Part shown: one piece after another, positions 16,824 through 27,200 of the stretch
How the letters are laid out: the number at the start of each line of letters is the position of its first letter
Position numbering within the stretch: the stretch's first letter is position 1
Origin: Candidatus Zipacnadia bacterium
Lineage (GTDB): Bacteria; Armatimonadota; Zipacnadia; Zipacnadales; UBA5352
Length of the DNA: 64,000 nucleotides
Assembly (NCBI GenBank): GCA_029821635.1
Contig: JALGSW010000001.1
Coordinates: forward strand, 8,702-72,701
Direction of reading: 5' to 3'
Translations under genes and position numbers: made by a program
Notes under the pieces: model-generated
The model's database searches: none
What the model saw: only the letters and a program-made list of their open reading frames with translations
Told to the model about the DNA's origin: nothing

Positions 16824-18449
16824 ATGGGACGAGGACGCCGCGGTATGACGCTGGCCGAGCTGCTTGTTGCCATGCTCATCCTGCTCGTGGGCATCTACGC
16901 CATCGCGCGCGGCTTCCCGTCGCTGTTCGGCAACCTCGAGGGTGAGCGCATCCGCACGGAGACGGCCCGGCGGGTCCAGGCGCGCATGGAGAACCTCAAG
17001 ACCACGGCCTGGGCACTTCCCGAAGCCATCACCGGGCACGATCCGCTCGACGCCTCCGTTATCGAGCCGGGGCTGTACCCCGACGAGAACCAGGACCCGG
17101 TGCCGGGCAATCCGCGCGATGACCTCACCTGGGTGATCGGCGAGACCTTCGATGTGCCGATCGCGCAGCCGGGCCAGGCCTACTCGGTCTATTCTCTGAA
17201 CCTCGGCCCCGCCACCGTCCAGGACACGACTGCGGTGGCTGACTACGTGCAGGTCACGCGGTTGGTCGCGTTGGAGCGGACGGACGTTGGGACGCCACTG
17301 GGCAACGATCAGTTCTACGTGGATGAGGACGGCTATCTCAACGCGCCGGCCACCTACGCCTCGGCCGAGGTCGACTACGTGTGGGTGGACGAGAACGGTG
17401 AGCGGCACGGAGTGCTCGGTGAGGTCGTGGACAACGCCAACGCCAGCGTCAGCGCCCTGCCGGTGCGCGCGGTGGCGGTCGTCGATGCTCCCGCGTTCGT
17501 GAACGTGCTGCCCGATCAGTGCACCGCGACCGCCCTGGAGCCGTTCACTACCGTGATCGGCCAACCCGCCAACGTCGCGAGCGGCCGGGCCGTGCTGGAG
17601 AGCACCTACGGCGCGACGCTGCTGCTTTCCGCCGGTGACGCGAACGAGACGCTGCAGGTCAACTATCAGCAGATGACCGAGGCCGACTCGATGGGCAGCC
17701 CGCGTCGGGTGCCCTTCATGATGGAGGAGATGGCCGCGCCGACCCAGCCGCCCTACCTGGTGGACCTGGCGTTCCGCGGCATCGACGACGAGAGCCCGCT
17801 GTTCACCGCCAACCTGCTCGGCGCCGCCTTCACCGATCCGGTCTACGTGCTCATCGTGGACACGCAGACGGGAGACGCGTGGACGGATGCGGAGGACTGG
17901 GTGGGCCTGGACTTCATCGAGAGCAAGCTCACGCTGGACTGGGACGATGCGGCGGCGCCGCTGACCGCCGTCGGGGCCCGCGGACACGATCTGCGCGTCT
18001 ACTACCGCACCATCGCCGGGCACACGGTCGTGGTGCAGAAGGCGCCGTCGTGGTTCGTCGAGGACTACACCGATGCCGGTCGCTTGTCCGTCCATGACAC
18101 CTACGTCACCGACGGGCTGGCCGACTCGGTTGACTACCGCTACTACCAGGTCGGGCCCGATCCCGACGACGCGACCTACACGCGGTTGCTCTTCCCGATG
18201 TCGGCGGCGAATCAGATGGTGGCCGTTGACTACATGGCCGGCGCTGCCGAGCCCTACGACCGGGTGAGCGGCGAGCTGCACGTCATCTCCGGCGACACGC
18301 TCAACGCGACGCTCAATGAGCCGGACGTGCATGGCGTGTTGGCCGTGCGCGGGGTCTCAGTGACGGTGCGCGGCTGGTGGCACATAGCCAGCGGGCGCGT
18401 GGAGATGGTCGGCATTGATACCTTCCTGACACCGGAGCCGCTGCTCTAG
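16824..18449 (+). CDS. large PilV-like minor pilin (prepilin leader)
   Basis: MGRGRRG|MTLAELLVAMLILLVGIYAIARGF has a class-III leader with Glu at +5. 541 aa. The start is at ATG 16824 with a GAAAGGGA RBS. Confidence 0.7.
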   Translation: MGRGRRGMTLAELLVAMLILLVGIYAIARGFPSLFGNLEGERIRTETARRVQARMENLKTTAWALPEAITGHDPLDASVIEPGLYPDENQDPVPGNPRDDLTWVIGETFDVPIAQPGQAYSVYSLNLGPATVQDTTAVADYVQVTRLVALERTDVGTPLGNDQFYVDEDGYLNAPATYASAEVDYVWVDENGERHGVLGEVVDNANASVSALPVRAVAVVDAPAFVNVLPDQCTATALEPFTTVIGQPANVASGRAVLESTYGATLLLSAGDANETLQVNYQQMTEADSMGSPRRVPFMMEEMAAPTQPPYLVDLAFRGIDDESPLFTANLLGAAFTDPVYVLIVDTQTGDAWTDAEDWVGLDFIESKLTLDWDDAAAPLTAVGARGHDLRVYYRTIAGHTVVVQKAPSWFVEDYTDAGRLSVHDTYVTDGLADSVDYRYYQVGPDPDDATYTRLLFPMSAANQMVAVDYMAGAAEPYDRVSGELHVISGDTLNATLNEPDVHGVLAVRGVSVTVRGWWHIASGRVEMVGIDTFLTPEPLL

Positions 18450-19246
18450 TGGCGGATGAGGAGAGGCGGTCTGTGATGGGCGCAGCGAGGCGCGACGCGC
18501 ACACAACATGGACGAGGCTCCGGGGTACGCGCGGCGGTTTCACGCTGATCGAGCTTCTCGTCGTGATAGCGATCGCGGTGATCCTGATGGCGCTGCTGGT
18601 TCCGACCGGCAAGGCGCTGCGGGACGGCAACCGCGCGATGACCTGCAAGAGCCAGCTTCAGCAGATCGGCGTGGCGCTGAAGGCCTACTGCCTCGATGAG
18701 GGAGGCGCGCCGCCGCTCTACATCGACCAGACCGGCGATCCGACCGATCCGGTGGCGAGCCCGCCCGATGGGCCGGGGCTGATGGCGCTCTACGAGACGG
18801 GTTACCTGAGCCGGCGCGAGACGCTGCACTGCCCGGTCGATTACTACTCGCCCGCCGGATCCGACGAGCATTTCGAGAGCTACCAGCGCTATGACGAGGA
18901 CGTAGCCGCAACTGTGGCGCTGAACCGCTACTCCTACCTGACCACGCGGGGCATTGAGGACGACACCAGCGACTGGTACCGCCGCCAGCTCCAGCCGGCG
19001 GCCGACATCGACAGCAACGCCGGCACGCCGGCAATGCCCGTGAACATGCCTGACTGGCGGCCCGACGACAACACGGTCATCACCTGGTGCCCCTTCCATG
19101 TGGACGCGGTCGAGGTCGGGGGCGAGGGCGCCTACCAGGTCCTGTTCTGGGACGGAAGTGTGCAGCGGGTGCGCAGGAGCGTCATGACGGACGACTCGGT
19201 TGGCCCGGATGAGGCGTGGAAGGTCGGACACCAAGACGCTGGGTAG
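18449..19246 (+). CDS. prepilin-leader protein, DUF1559-like C-terminus
   Basis: RGG|FTLIELLVVIAIAVILMALLVP. The C-terminal VLFWDGSVQRV resembles the conserved DG(S) tail of planctomycete/verrucomicrobial-type pseudopilins. GTG 18449 overlaps the TAG of the previous gene, and ATG 18476 is an alternative start. Confidence 0.7.
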   Translation: MADEERRSVMGAARRDAHTTWTRLRGTRGGFTLIELLVVIAIAVILMALLVPTGKALRDGNRAMTCKSQLQQIGVALKAYCLDEGGAPPLYIDQTGDPTDPVASPPDGPGLMALYETGYLSRRETLHCPVDYYSPAGSDEHFESYQRYDEDVAATVALNRYSYLTTRGIEDDTSDWYRRQLQPAADIDSNAGTPAMPVNMPDWRPDDNTVITWCPFHVDAVEVGGEGAYQVLFWDGSVQRVRRSVMTDDSVGPDEAWKVGHQDAG

Positions 19247-19348
19247 GCGCGACCGACGAAGGGTATACTGCAGGCGAATGACACTCCGACGGTCGCCAGC
19301 GCTTTCGGGCGAGAGCCAACGGACGATGCGCGGCTGAGGATAGAGAAT

Positions 19349-21253
19349 ATGATGGCACGAGGCGCCGCACCAAAGCTTGGTCGGATCATGAGAGGGCAGC
19401 GCGACCGCGCGGGCTTCACGCTCGTGGAGATGCTGGTCGTGCTCGCCATCCTCGTGATCCTTTTCGCGATGCTGTTCGCGCCGATGATCGCCAGCCTCGA
19501 CATGGTCAGTGCCGGCCAGTCGAAGGTGACGATGCAGACGGCCGCACGCAACGCACTTAAGGAGATGCGACGCGAGATCTCCAACGCGATGTACATCTAC
19601 CCGGTACCGGGCCTGGTGCTCAAGGGCGCCGATGCCCTGCTCGGCACCTTTGACGACACGCGCATCCCGGACCCGTCCAAGATCGTCTTCGTCGGGCCGG
19701 CGCGCACCGCCACCGGCGAGCTGATCGAGCCGCTCGCGCCGCGCAGCGACGCCACCGGCTCGATCATCGCGACGAGGCTCCGCGCCTCCCTGCTCGACGA
19801 AGCCCAGGTCTACGGCCGCAACAACCCGTTCGTGCTCGTGCGCGAAGAGGGCTACTACGAGCGCATGGAAGACGCCACCGCGGTATGGTGGGAGTTCACC
19901 AACGTGAGCACCGCCAACCCGGTGCGTAACGTGCTCTCGCCGCGCGGCGGCTACGACATCCCCGCAACGCGCTCGATCTGCACCGACCCGAGCTGCACCG
20001 ATCGCGTCTACGAGGGCTACGCCACCGTGTGCCCGACCTGCGGCGGCACAGACATCATCTACGCGCACGACAACCTGCAGTTCCTGCCCGAGCGTGTGAG
20101 CGGCGAGACGCTGCAGGCGAGCGCGAATGAGACGCTCTTCCAGGCCCGCCACGGCGCCTGGTCGGGCTTCTACAACCGTGGCAGCTTCGAGCTCAACGAC
20201 CTGAAGCCCGCCAGCGCGGCGAATCCGCTGATGGTGCTGGGCGCATCCGAGCTCGACCCGCGCATCGTGCTGCTCAACCCGACGAACTGGAGCGTCGTGC
20301 GCGACTCGTGGCAGAACACCGATGCGTCGAACACGATCCTCACGTGGGACTCGAACCGCGGCGTGCTCCAGGTCGGCGCGACCACCGGCCGCTGGATACG
20401 CGTGACGAACCCCAACGACCTCAACACGACCGGGGCGTACGACCCGGGAGGCGTCGATGACGGACTCGATCCGGGCGAGTACTATACGATCGACATTCAG
20501 AACGAGCGACCGGACCAGGTCGCCACGACGCGCGATCAGTATGATGAGGACGGGACGCTGACGTCCGCGCGTGGCTGGGACATCGTGCCCATCTACCCGA
20601 GCCTCGGCGTGCTGCTTTGTCCGGCCTGCGGCACGACCGCCGACCCGACGCAGTACTCCGTCGGCGACCCGTGCCCGAGTTGCGGCGTCGGCACACTGGT
20701 CTCCAGCGCTCAGCCGGGCGACCCGGCGATGCCGATCGCGTACCGGCTCGACCCGACGATGGCGGGCGCCTTCCAGGCCGCGAAGATCGTTCCGGGCAGC
20801 GTGCGCGTGGTCGTCTGGGGCACCGACGCGGCCGGGCGGATGTACCAGACCGCGTACTCCGAGACCACCAACACGGTGCAGGCGGAGATCGGCGCGGAGC
20901 AGTTCGCGGTGGTGCTCAGCAACTTCGGGCAGCGAGCCGAAGTGCGCTTCAACGAGCTGAACCCGCCGAGCCCTCGGATGCTCACCGACGCGGGCATCAC
21001 GGTGGCGAACTTCGGCGTCTACATCCAGTATTACTACCGGCGCAACTACGACCCGAGCGCGCCGGACACCGATTACGTAATCAGAGCCGACTACTCGACT
21101 CAGGAGATCATGAACCTGAGGCTGGCGCTCCAGCGCTACATCGAACTCGAGGCGGATCCTGGCAACCCGGGCGCACTTATCATCCCGCCGGACGCTTCGC
21201 CCGACCGGGTCTCGCTGGAGGACCAGGTGCAGGTCAGGAACCTGAATCGTTAG
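19349..21253 (+). CDS. 634-aa prepilin-leader protein with two zinc-ribbon-like Cys knuckle pairs
   Basis: Leader ...RDRAG|FTLVEMLVVLAILVILFAMLFAP. C-x4-C-x11-C-x2-C at 19979-20041 and CPAC-x14-CPSC at 20618-20683. Confidence 0.75.
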   Translation: MMARGAAPKLGRIMRGQRDRAGFTLVEMLVVLAILVILFAMLFAPMIASLDMVSAGQSKVTMQTAARNALKEMRREISNAMYIYPVPGLVLKGADALLGTFDDTRIPDPSKIVFVGPARTATGELIEPLAPRSDATGSIIATRLRASLLDEAQVYGRNNPFVLVREEGYYERMEDATAVWWEFTNVSTANPVRNVLSPRGGYDIPATRSICTDPSCTDRVYEGYATVCPTCGGTDIIYAHDNLQFLPERVSGETLQASANETLFQARHGAWSGFYNRGSFELNDLKPASAANPLMVLGASELDPRIVLLNPTNWSVVRDSWQNTDASNTILTWDSNRGVLQVGATTGRWIRVTNPNDLNTTGAYDPGGVDDGLDPGEYYTIDIQNERPDQVATTRDQYDEDGTLTSARGWDIVPIYPSLGVLLCPACGTTADPTQYSVGDPCPSCGVGTLVSSAQPGDPAMPIAYRLDPTMAGAFQAAKIVPGSVRVVVWGTDAAGRMYQTAYSETTNTVQAEIGAEQFAVVLSNFGQRAEVRFNELNPPSPRMLTDAGITVANFGVYIQYYYRRNYDPSAPDTDYVIRADYSTQEIMNLRLALQRYIELEADPGNPGALIIPPDASPDRVSLEDQVQVRNLNR

Positions 21254-21296
21254 AGCCAGGCACGCTCACAGATCCGGCAGGCGGAGGCCGAAGGGA

Positions 21297-24197
21297 ATGC
21301 GGCGAATACATCTCACAACGCACGCAAGTTCGCGCCGCGGGCAGGCGCTGATGGTGGCTGTCCTGCTGATGATGGCCATCCTGCTCGTGGGCATCCTGTT
21401 CGTGGCGCTGGTCACCTACAACCAGGATCAGTCCACGCGGCACGAGGACACGCTGCTCGCCCAGGCGATGGCCGAGGCGGCCGTGCGCTACGCCTCGTAT
21501 ATGCTGGAGAACTCCCCCGAGGGAGCGGACTGGCGTCCGCCCGAGCCGCCGGCGGTGGACAGCGCCGGCAACGCGGATCTCGACGTCTACGGCGCCGACC
21601 GCGCTCAGGGCACCGAGGACGACTACTACGATGACGTCGCGCTCGGCCGCGGCTGGGCCCCCGTGCTCAACGATTTGACCACGCGCGACAGCTACACCCA
21701 GCGCGGCTTCAGCCGCTTCCCGGACACGCGCAACCCCTCGGGCGTCACGAGCGCGACCGTTCCCACGGCCGTCGATCGTGGCTACTTCATGCTGCGCGTG
21801 AGCTACAACCCGTGGGAGCCGGGCGACACCGCGACGCCCGACCCGATGAACTGGCACCTCAAGATCGAGGCGATCGGTCGCGTCGAGGGCTCGCAGGTCT
21901 ACCGCAAGCTCGTCGCCTATAAGCCGATCCCGATGCTCAACTACGCGCGCCTCGTGCACAACCTCACCGACGACGGGCGGCCGGCGTACTTCGGCATCCC
22001 GGCGTTCGCCGACATGGACCGCGACACCGCCGTCGTCACGAGCGGCACGCTGCGGCCCGACTGGCTCGCAACGCTCATCGACGGGCCGGTGCACGTGAAC
22101 GGCCGGCTGGACGTCGCGGGCGGCGACTGGCCCGACGGTAGCGGCGGCATCCTCGATGCGAGCACGACCTTCGCGCTCACCGACGGCTTCAGCCCGGCGG
22201 GCTACCTGCGCAGCGACAAGATCGAGGCCACGGGCGGCATCTACCGCTGGCAGGAGCCCGCGGACACCGTCGATGACACGGGCGACCGGCCCGCGCAGGT
22301 GGATCTCAACGGCACCGTCGACATGATGACCTACACCAGCGACGACGTGGACCCCGACGCCGACAGCTTCGACACCATCGGCGGCCACGTCCTGGACAAC
22401 CAGCAGGGGCTCGCGGGCGGCGAGTCGCGCTTCGTCTCGTGGGTCAATCCCGGCGCGCTCACGCTGGGCGGCGGGACCACGAACTTCGAGCGCTACACGC
22501 GCCTCGCGCGCGACACCGGTGAGCTCGTGCAGGCCGGGGTGGGCGCGCCCTTCGAGAACAACGGCCAGTGGGGCTTCGGCAAGGGCATCTACATCGACAA
22601 CTTCGGTGACGTGCAGTTCAACCACGACATCGACACGCTCATCGCCGACTGGCAGCGCCCTGCGGCCACCGCCGGCACGCCGCCGCCCGACAGCGGCTGG
22701 AACGCGCTGTTCACGACCTACGCCCCGCCCGCGGTGGAGATCGAGTTCCTACCCACCGAGGCCGCGGCAGGCAGCTTTGAGGTCAGCACCAACCCGACGG
22801 ACGTGGGCTCGGGCGAGGTCTGGTGGCCCTACCATCAGAACGGGCAGCCGGGCATCCGGATCACGCGCCATGACGAGACGTGGCGCATCCCCGAAGGCGC
22901 CAACGCCGGCCAGCTTTCGGGTCAGCGCACAATCGTCTTCGACTACCCGACGCCGATGCTGGATGGCAGCGACGACACGGTGCGCCATCCGCTGATCGTG
23001 ACCGAGGGCAACGTGCGCGTCTCCGGGCAGCTTCCGCCCGCGCTGAACACCGTCGGCGACCTGACGCGCGCCTACGACATGATCGTCGTCTCGGGCGGCA
23101 CGGTCTACATCGACGGGCAGCTCCTTGCGCCCAACGACTACCTCGTCACCGCGGTGTCCGATGAGTTCAACACCAAGGTGGCGCTGCTCGCGCGCGACTG
23201 CGTGTGCCTCAACGCCACGCAGATCGTGCCGCAGGACACCATCGGCACCGCACCCGCGGTCCCCGACGATCCGCTGAACCCGGCGGACCCGAACAAGCAC
23301 TGGGAGCTGGCTCCCGGCAGCGACGGTCGCGGCTACAGCATGTTCATGTGGGGCGCGGACCCGGTCGGCGATTCGGTCGCGCTGGTCGCGCGGCAGACGG
23401 CCGCCGATCCGGGCCCGTCAGGCGTTCAGGTGATGCCCTGGACCGCAAGCGGGGGCTACACCTCCTACGACTTCGGCACGGCGCCCGCGCCGATGGTGGA
23501 CACCACCTTCGCGCTCGTCCCGCCGGCGACGGTCTTCCCCGACGGCACGTCACTGCCGCCGCAGCCCTACGGCGTGGTCGCGAACGCGCCGCAGTGGGCG
23601 CCCTACCGCGACGCCGCGGCGCTCCTGCCGTGGGACCTCGCGGGCTACATGGACCCGACGCCGGGCCTCGCGAACGCCATCGTCCTGCGCCAGGCCGACC
23701 CGGCCATCGGCGCGGGCTCGACCAGCTACTGGCTCAAGCACTGGAAGATCGCTGAGTACGACAGCGACGGCCTGCCCGTCGGGGCGATCAGCGCGCGCGT
23801 GAACGCGGCGGTCTACGCCGAGCGCGGTTGCTGGTACGTCCTCTCGCCCGGCTACTTCGACCCCAACCTCGCGGTCGATCCGGTCGCGGGTGTCGCGGTT
23901 GGCGACGTGATCGAGAACCGGCGCTACAACTACAAGCTCACGTTCGTGGGCACGATCGCCGAGAACTTCACGGCGACGGTAGAGGCCGCGCAGGGCTGGC
24001 ACGACAGGCTGGCGTTCCCGGAGACTTACGACAGCGGAGATCTGGAAGAGTGGGGCACCGTCGAGTACCAGTTCGACGAGACGCTTCGCCTGGCACGGTT
24101 CCACTCGACGGTCAGCAACCCGATGAATCCGGCGGCGAACCAGCCACGACTGCCCCTGCTGCCCGTCAGCCCGGACCTTGTCTACTACGGTGAGTGA
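21297..24197 (+). CDS. 966-aa PilX_N-like pilus-associated protein
   Basis: The N-terminus RRGQALMVAVLLMMAILLVGILFVALVTYNQDQS...LLAQAMAEAAVRYA has the PilX N-terminal pattern: a hydrophobic helix without Glu at +5, followed by an AEAG/AEAA-type helix. The rest was not recognised. Confidence 0.6.
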   Translation: MRRIHLTTHASSRRGQALMVAVLLMMAILLVGILFVALVTYNQDQSTRHEDTLLAQAMAEAAVRYASYMLENSPEGADWRPPEPPAVDSAGNADLDVYGADRAQGTEDDYYDDVALGRGWAPVLNDLTTRDSYTQRGFSRFPDTRNPSGVTSATVPTAVDRGYFMLRVSYNPWEPGDTATPDPMNWHLKIEAIGRVEGSQVYRKLVAYKPIPMLNYARLVHNLTDDGRPAYFGIPAFADMDRDTAVVTSGTLRPDWLATLIDGPVHVNGRLDVAGGDWPDGSGGILDASTTFALTDGFSPAGYLRSDKIEATGGIYRWQEPADTVDDTGDRPAQVDLNGTVDMMTYTSDDVDPDADSFDTIGGHVLDNQQGLAGGESRFVSWVNPGALTLGGGTTNFERYTRLARDTGELVQAGVGAPFENNGQWGFGKGIYIDNFGDVQFNHDIDTLIADWQRPAATAGTPPPDSGWNALFTTYAPPAVEIEFLPTEAAAGSFEVSTNPTDVGSGEVWWPYHQNGQPGIRITRHDETWRIPEGANAGQLSGQRTIVFDYPTPMLDGSDDTVRHPLIVTEGNVRVSGQLPPALNTVGDLTRAYDMIVVSGGTVYIDGQLLAPNDYLVTAVSDEFNTKVALLARDCVCLNATQIVPQDTIGTAPAVPDDPLNPADPNKHWELAPGSDGRGYSMFMWGADPVGDSVALVARQTAADPGPSGVQVMPWTASGGYTSYDFGTAPAPMVDTTFALVPPATVFPDGTSLPPQPYGVVANAPQWAPYRDAAALLPWDLAGYMDPTPGLANAIVLRQADPAIGAGSTSYWLKHWKIAEYDSDGLPVGAISARVNAAVYAERGCWYVLSPGYFDPNLAVDPVAGVAVGDVIENRRYNYKLTFVGTIAENFTATVEAAQGWHDRLAFPETYDSGDLEEWGTVEYQFDETLRLARFHSTVSNPMNPAANQPRLPLLPVSPDLVYYGE

Positions 24198-24245
24198 CGG
24201 CCGGCCACCGGCCGCTCGCTCGGGCATCGCACGGAGGTCATCGAT

Positions 24246-27200
24246 ATGCGGTTCGGCCGCGCATCATTTCTCTTGACAGCCCTCATTGGCGCCGCGCTGG
24301 CAGCCTCGCTGCCGGCCATGGCGGCGCGTACCGCATTCCGCTACGATGCCACCCAGCGCGTGACCAATGCCTGCGTGCTGGGAGTGAACGGCCAGACCGT
24401 CGCCGGCCACCCCAACCCCTACATCATCGAGGGCATCAGGCGTTCGGACCTCACGCCTGATGACTGGACGTTCGAGAACCCCCTCGCGCCCGCCACTGTC
24501 ATCGAGGGCGACCTTGCCGCCGACTTCGTCGTTAAGGGCAAGCGAGACTACTGGTTCGTGCCTCTGACCGATGACACCGCCAACCAGCTCGTCGGGATGG
24601 ACCTGATCTACATCTCCGCGCCCGACCTCGACCTCACCCCCCGCGAGCAGAATGGTCTGCGCGCCGCCGTCGAGGCGGGGGCGGTGCTGTGGGTGGACAA
24701 CGACATCGCCCGCAACGCCGGCGGCAACCCCACCGGCGAGACAGCCGTTACCGCGTTCCCGTGGGTCTTCAGCTTCGACTACAACGCCGGGGGGAACATC
24801 CATGCGCTGGAGGCGGTCGATCCGGGCAACTCACTGCTGCGCGACCCCTACGCGCTGTCCGCGGCGTCGATCGCACGCCTCGGCGACCGGCCCGACCGCG
24901 CCGAGTACGACGCGGCGGTCGGTGGCACTCTCACCGAGGGCCACTTCATCGACACGCTCGGCACCGAGTTCCGCACGATCATCAACAACGTCCAGTACAA
25001 CGGTGCCGGCGTGGTGCAGGGCACCGCGGCGTGGGCCATCGCGGCCGACTACGGCTCGGGCAGCGTGCTCGTCACCGCAGGCGGCGTCGGGCGCGACGTG
25101 GCCGAGTGGATCCTCGAACGCGAGTCGGGCGGCACCAACTGGCGCCCCTCGCCGGACTTCCTGCAGGCCCCGGACGTGAAGTTCGCGCTCAACGTCGTGC
25201 AGTGGAACGATCGCTGGCAGCAGGTCCGGCGGACGCCGCGCGCAAGTGCCACGAGCGTCGCGCGCGCTCCCTTCCCGCTGGACATCGCCTGGCAGTACCC
25301 CGATAGCAGCGAGGATGCGGCCGCCGTCGCCATCGGCGCGGTCGTCTCCACGCCCGTGCAGAGCCGCAACTTGCTCTACGCGCTGAGCGTGCCGTCGACC
25401 GTCGCCGGCGCGCCCGCCTACCTGATGTGCTTCGACATGACGCCCGAGGACGACCGTGACGGGGACAGCATGGCCGACGACGGCCTCACCGACTACTCCG
25501 GCGGCGCGCCCTACGACATGGTCTGGCGCGTGGCGCTCGACGCGGACATGACGCCGCGCTACGCGTCACCCACGCTCACCTCGTACAACGATCCGAATAA
25601 CAACCTGGGGAACGTCGCCGATGACGTCTTCTACCCGCAGGTGGCGCTGATCAGCTACGTGGACACGAGCAACGGCGAGGCCTGGGTGGACTGCTACGAC
25701 GCTTCGATCCCGACCGGCGGCACGCTGCTGTGGCGCCGGCAGATCGAGGGCTACTCCGCGAGCGCGCAGATCGTGTCGCTCTCTACGCCGATCGTACACA
25801 GGGGCTACGTCTACGTGCTCGCGAGCGAGTATGACACGGTGCTCAGCGGCGCGGGCGACCCCGACAGCACCTACACCCGCGCGCACTGCTTTGAGCTGGA
25901 CTACCCCTGGACTGTCGCCGATCCGTGGCCGACCGACGGCTCGTGGTGGGTCTACCCGTCGAGCCTGGTGAACATCGACGGGATCGGCACCGACGAGTCG
26001 GCTTCCGAGCCGCAGAACGCGCTGCCTCCCGTTGACGAGCCGCGCTGGGTCGCCGCCGAGGCGACGATGTACCCGCCCCCCCAGGGCCGCACTCCGCTCC
26101 CGCCCGCCCCCGGCGCCCTGCCCGTGGTCCATGCGGTGGGGACGACGATTGCCGGGGCGGCCGTCGATGCGCTGCTGACCTTCGGCACGCCGTTCTCGAA
26201 CGAGTGGGACGATCCGGACATCGAGATCGACAACGGCGCCGGTGGCAGCCAGTACACGCTCGTCCCGACGCCGTTCCGCGAGGACGACGAGTCGCCTGCG
26301 AAGCCGGGCTACGCTTCGGCCGCGCTGCCGTGGGGGATCGGGCTCAACCACGATCACTTCGCGCTGCGCATGAACGAAGTCATCAACGACCCGCCGGTCC
26401 CAGTCGTCACCACGCTCGATGGATCGCTGGTGGACGAGCACGTGTCCGCGGACGGCGATCGCTACGTGATCTTCTCGCCGAGCACGGCGCGTGAAGCGGC
26501 GATCCAGGCCGCGTTCGCGGGGGGCAACCCGCTCGAGGCGCAACTGGGCGTGGAGGTCGAGGTCGACTACAACGGGCTCGCGGACCCGGAGGCGCAGCGT
26601 CTCTCCGGTCCTGTCGCGTGGCGTCGCGCACTCAAGAACGGCCAGCGGCCCTACCAGCCCGCATCGATGAGCGACGATGAGATCGCGGTCACGTCCGGAC
26701 GGCCGGTCCAATACCAGTACCTCACGCCACCGCCTAACCCGCCGGCCGGTAGCGGCGCGATCACCGAGATGGACGCCTCCAGCGGCATCACGCGCTGGAG
26801 CTACGACCCGACGATCTCCATCCCGCAGCCGGGGACCGCGCCCACTATGAGCACGACCGCCGCGGCCTTCGACGACGAGACGCTCATCGTGGGTGCGAGC
26901 GCGGTGGACTACTCCAACCTCTTCTCTGTGAGCTCCATCATCGGGCTGCAGAGGCAGATCGACATGCAGATCGATCTCGCCGGTGGAACCGCCGGCGCCT
27001 ACCCGAGCGACGTCTTCATGCTCTGGCCGGGCGGCGTCATCCACCAGCTCGCCCCGAGCAGCTACAACGTTGACCCGTGGGCCGGCCGGCTCATGTTCCC
27101 GGCCGCAAGCGCGGCCGAGATGATCGACATCGACGGCTACGCAATCCCGGGGCCGGTCTACGGCAGGGCGATCCGGGTTGTGTGGCCTGACGGAACGACC

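Noticed and set aside
15828-18332. 834-aa minus-strand ORF. Similar cases are 18446..20152, 21234..22625, 25566..27533, 27564..29147, 29216..30853 and 31952..34303.
   Set aside because: All are antisense to the pilin-like and giant genes, which begin with canonical prepilin leaders or signal peptides and have RBS-supported starts. The antisense translations are R/G/A/V/D/H-rich with no features.
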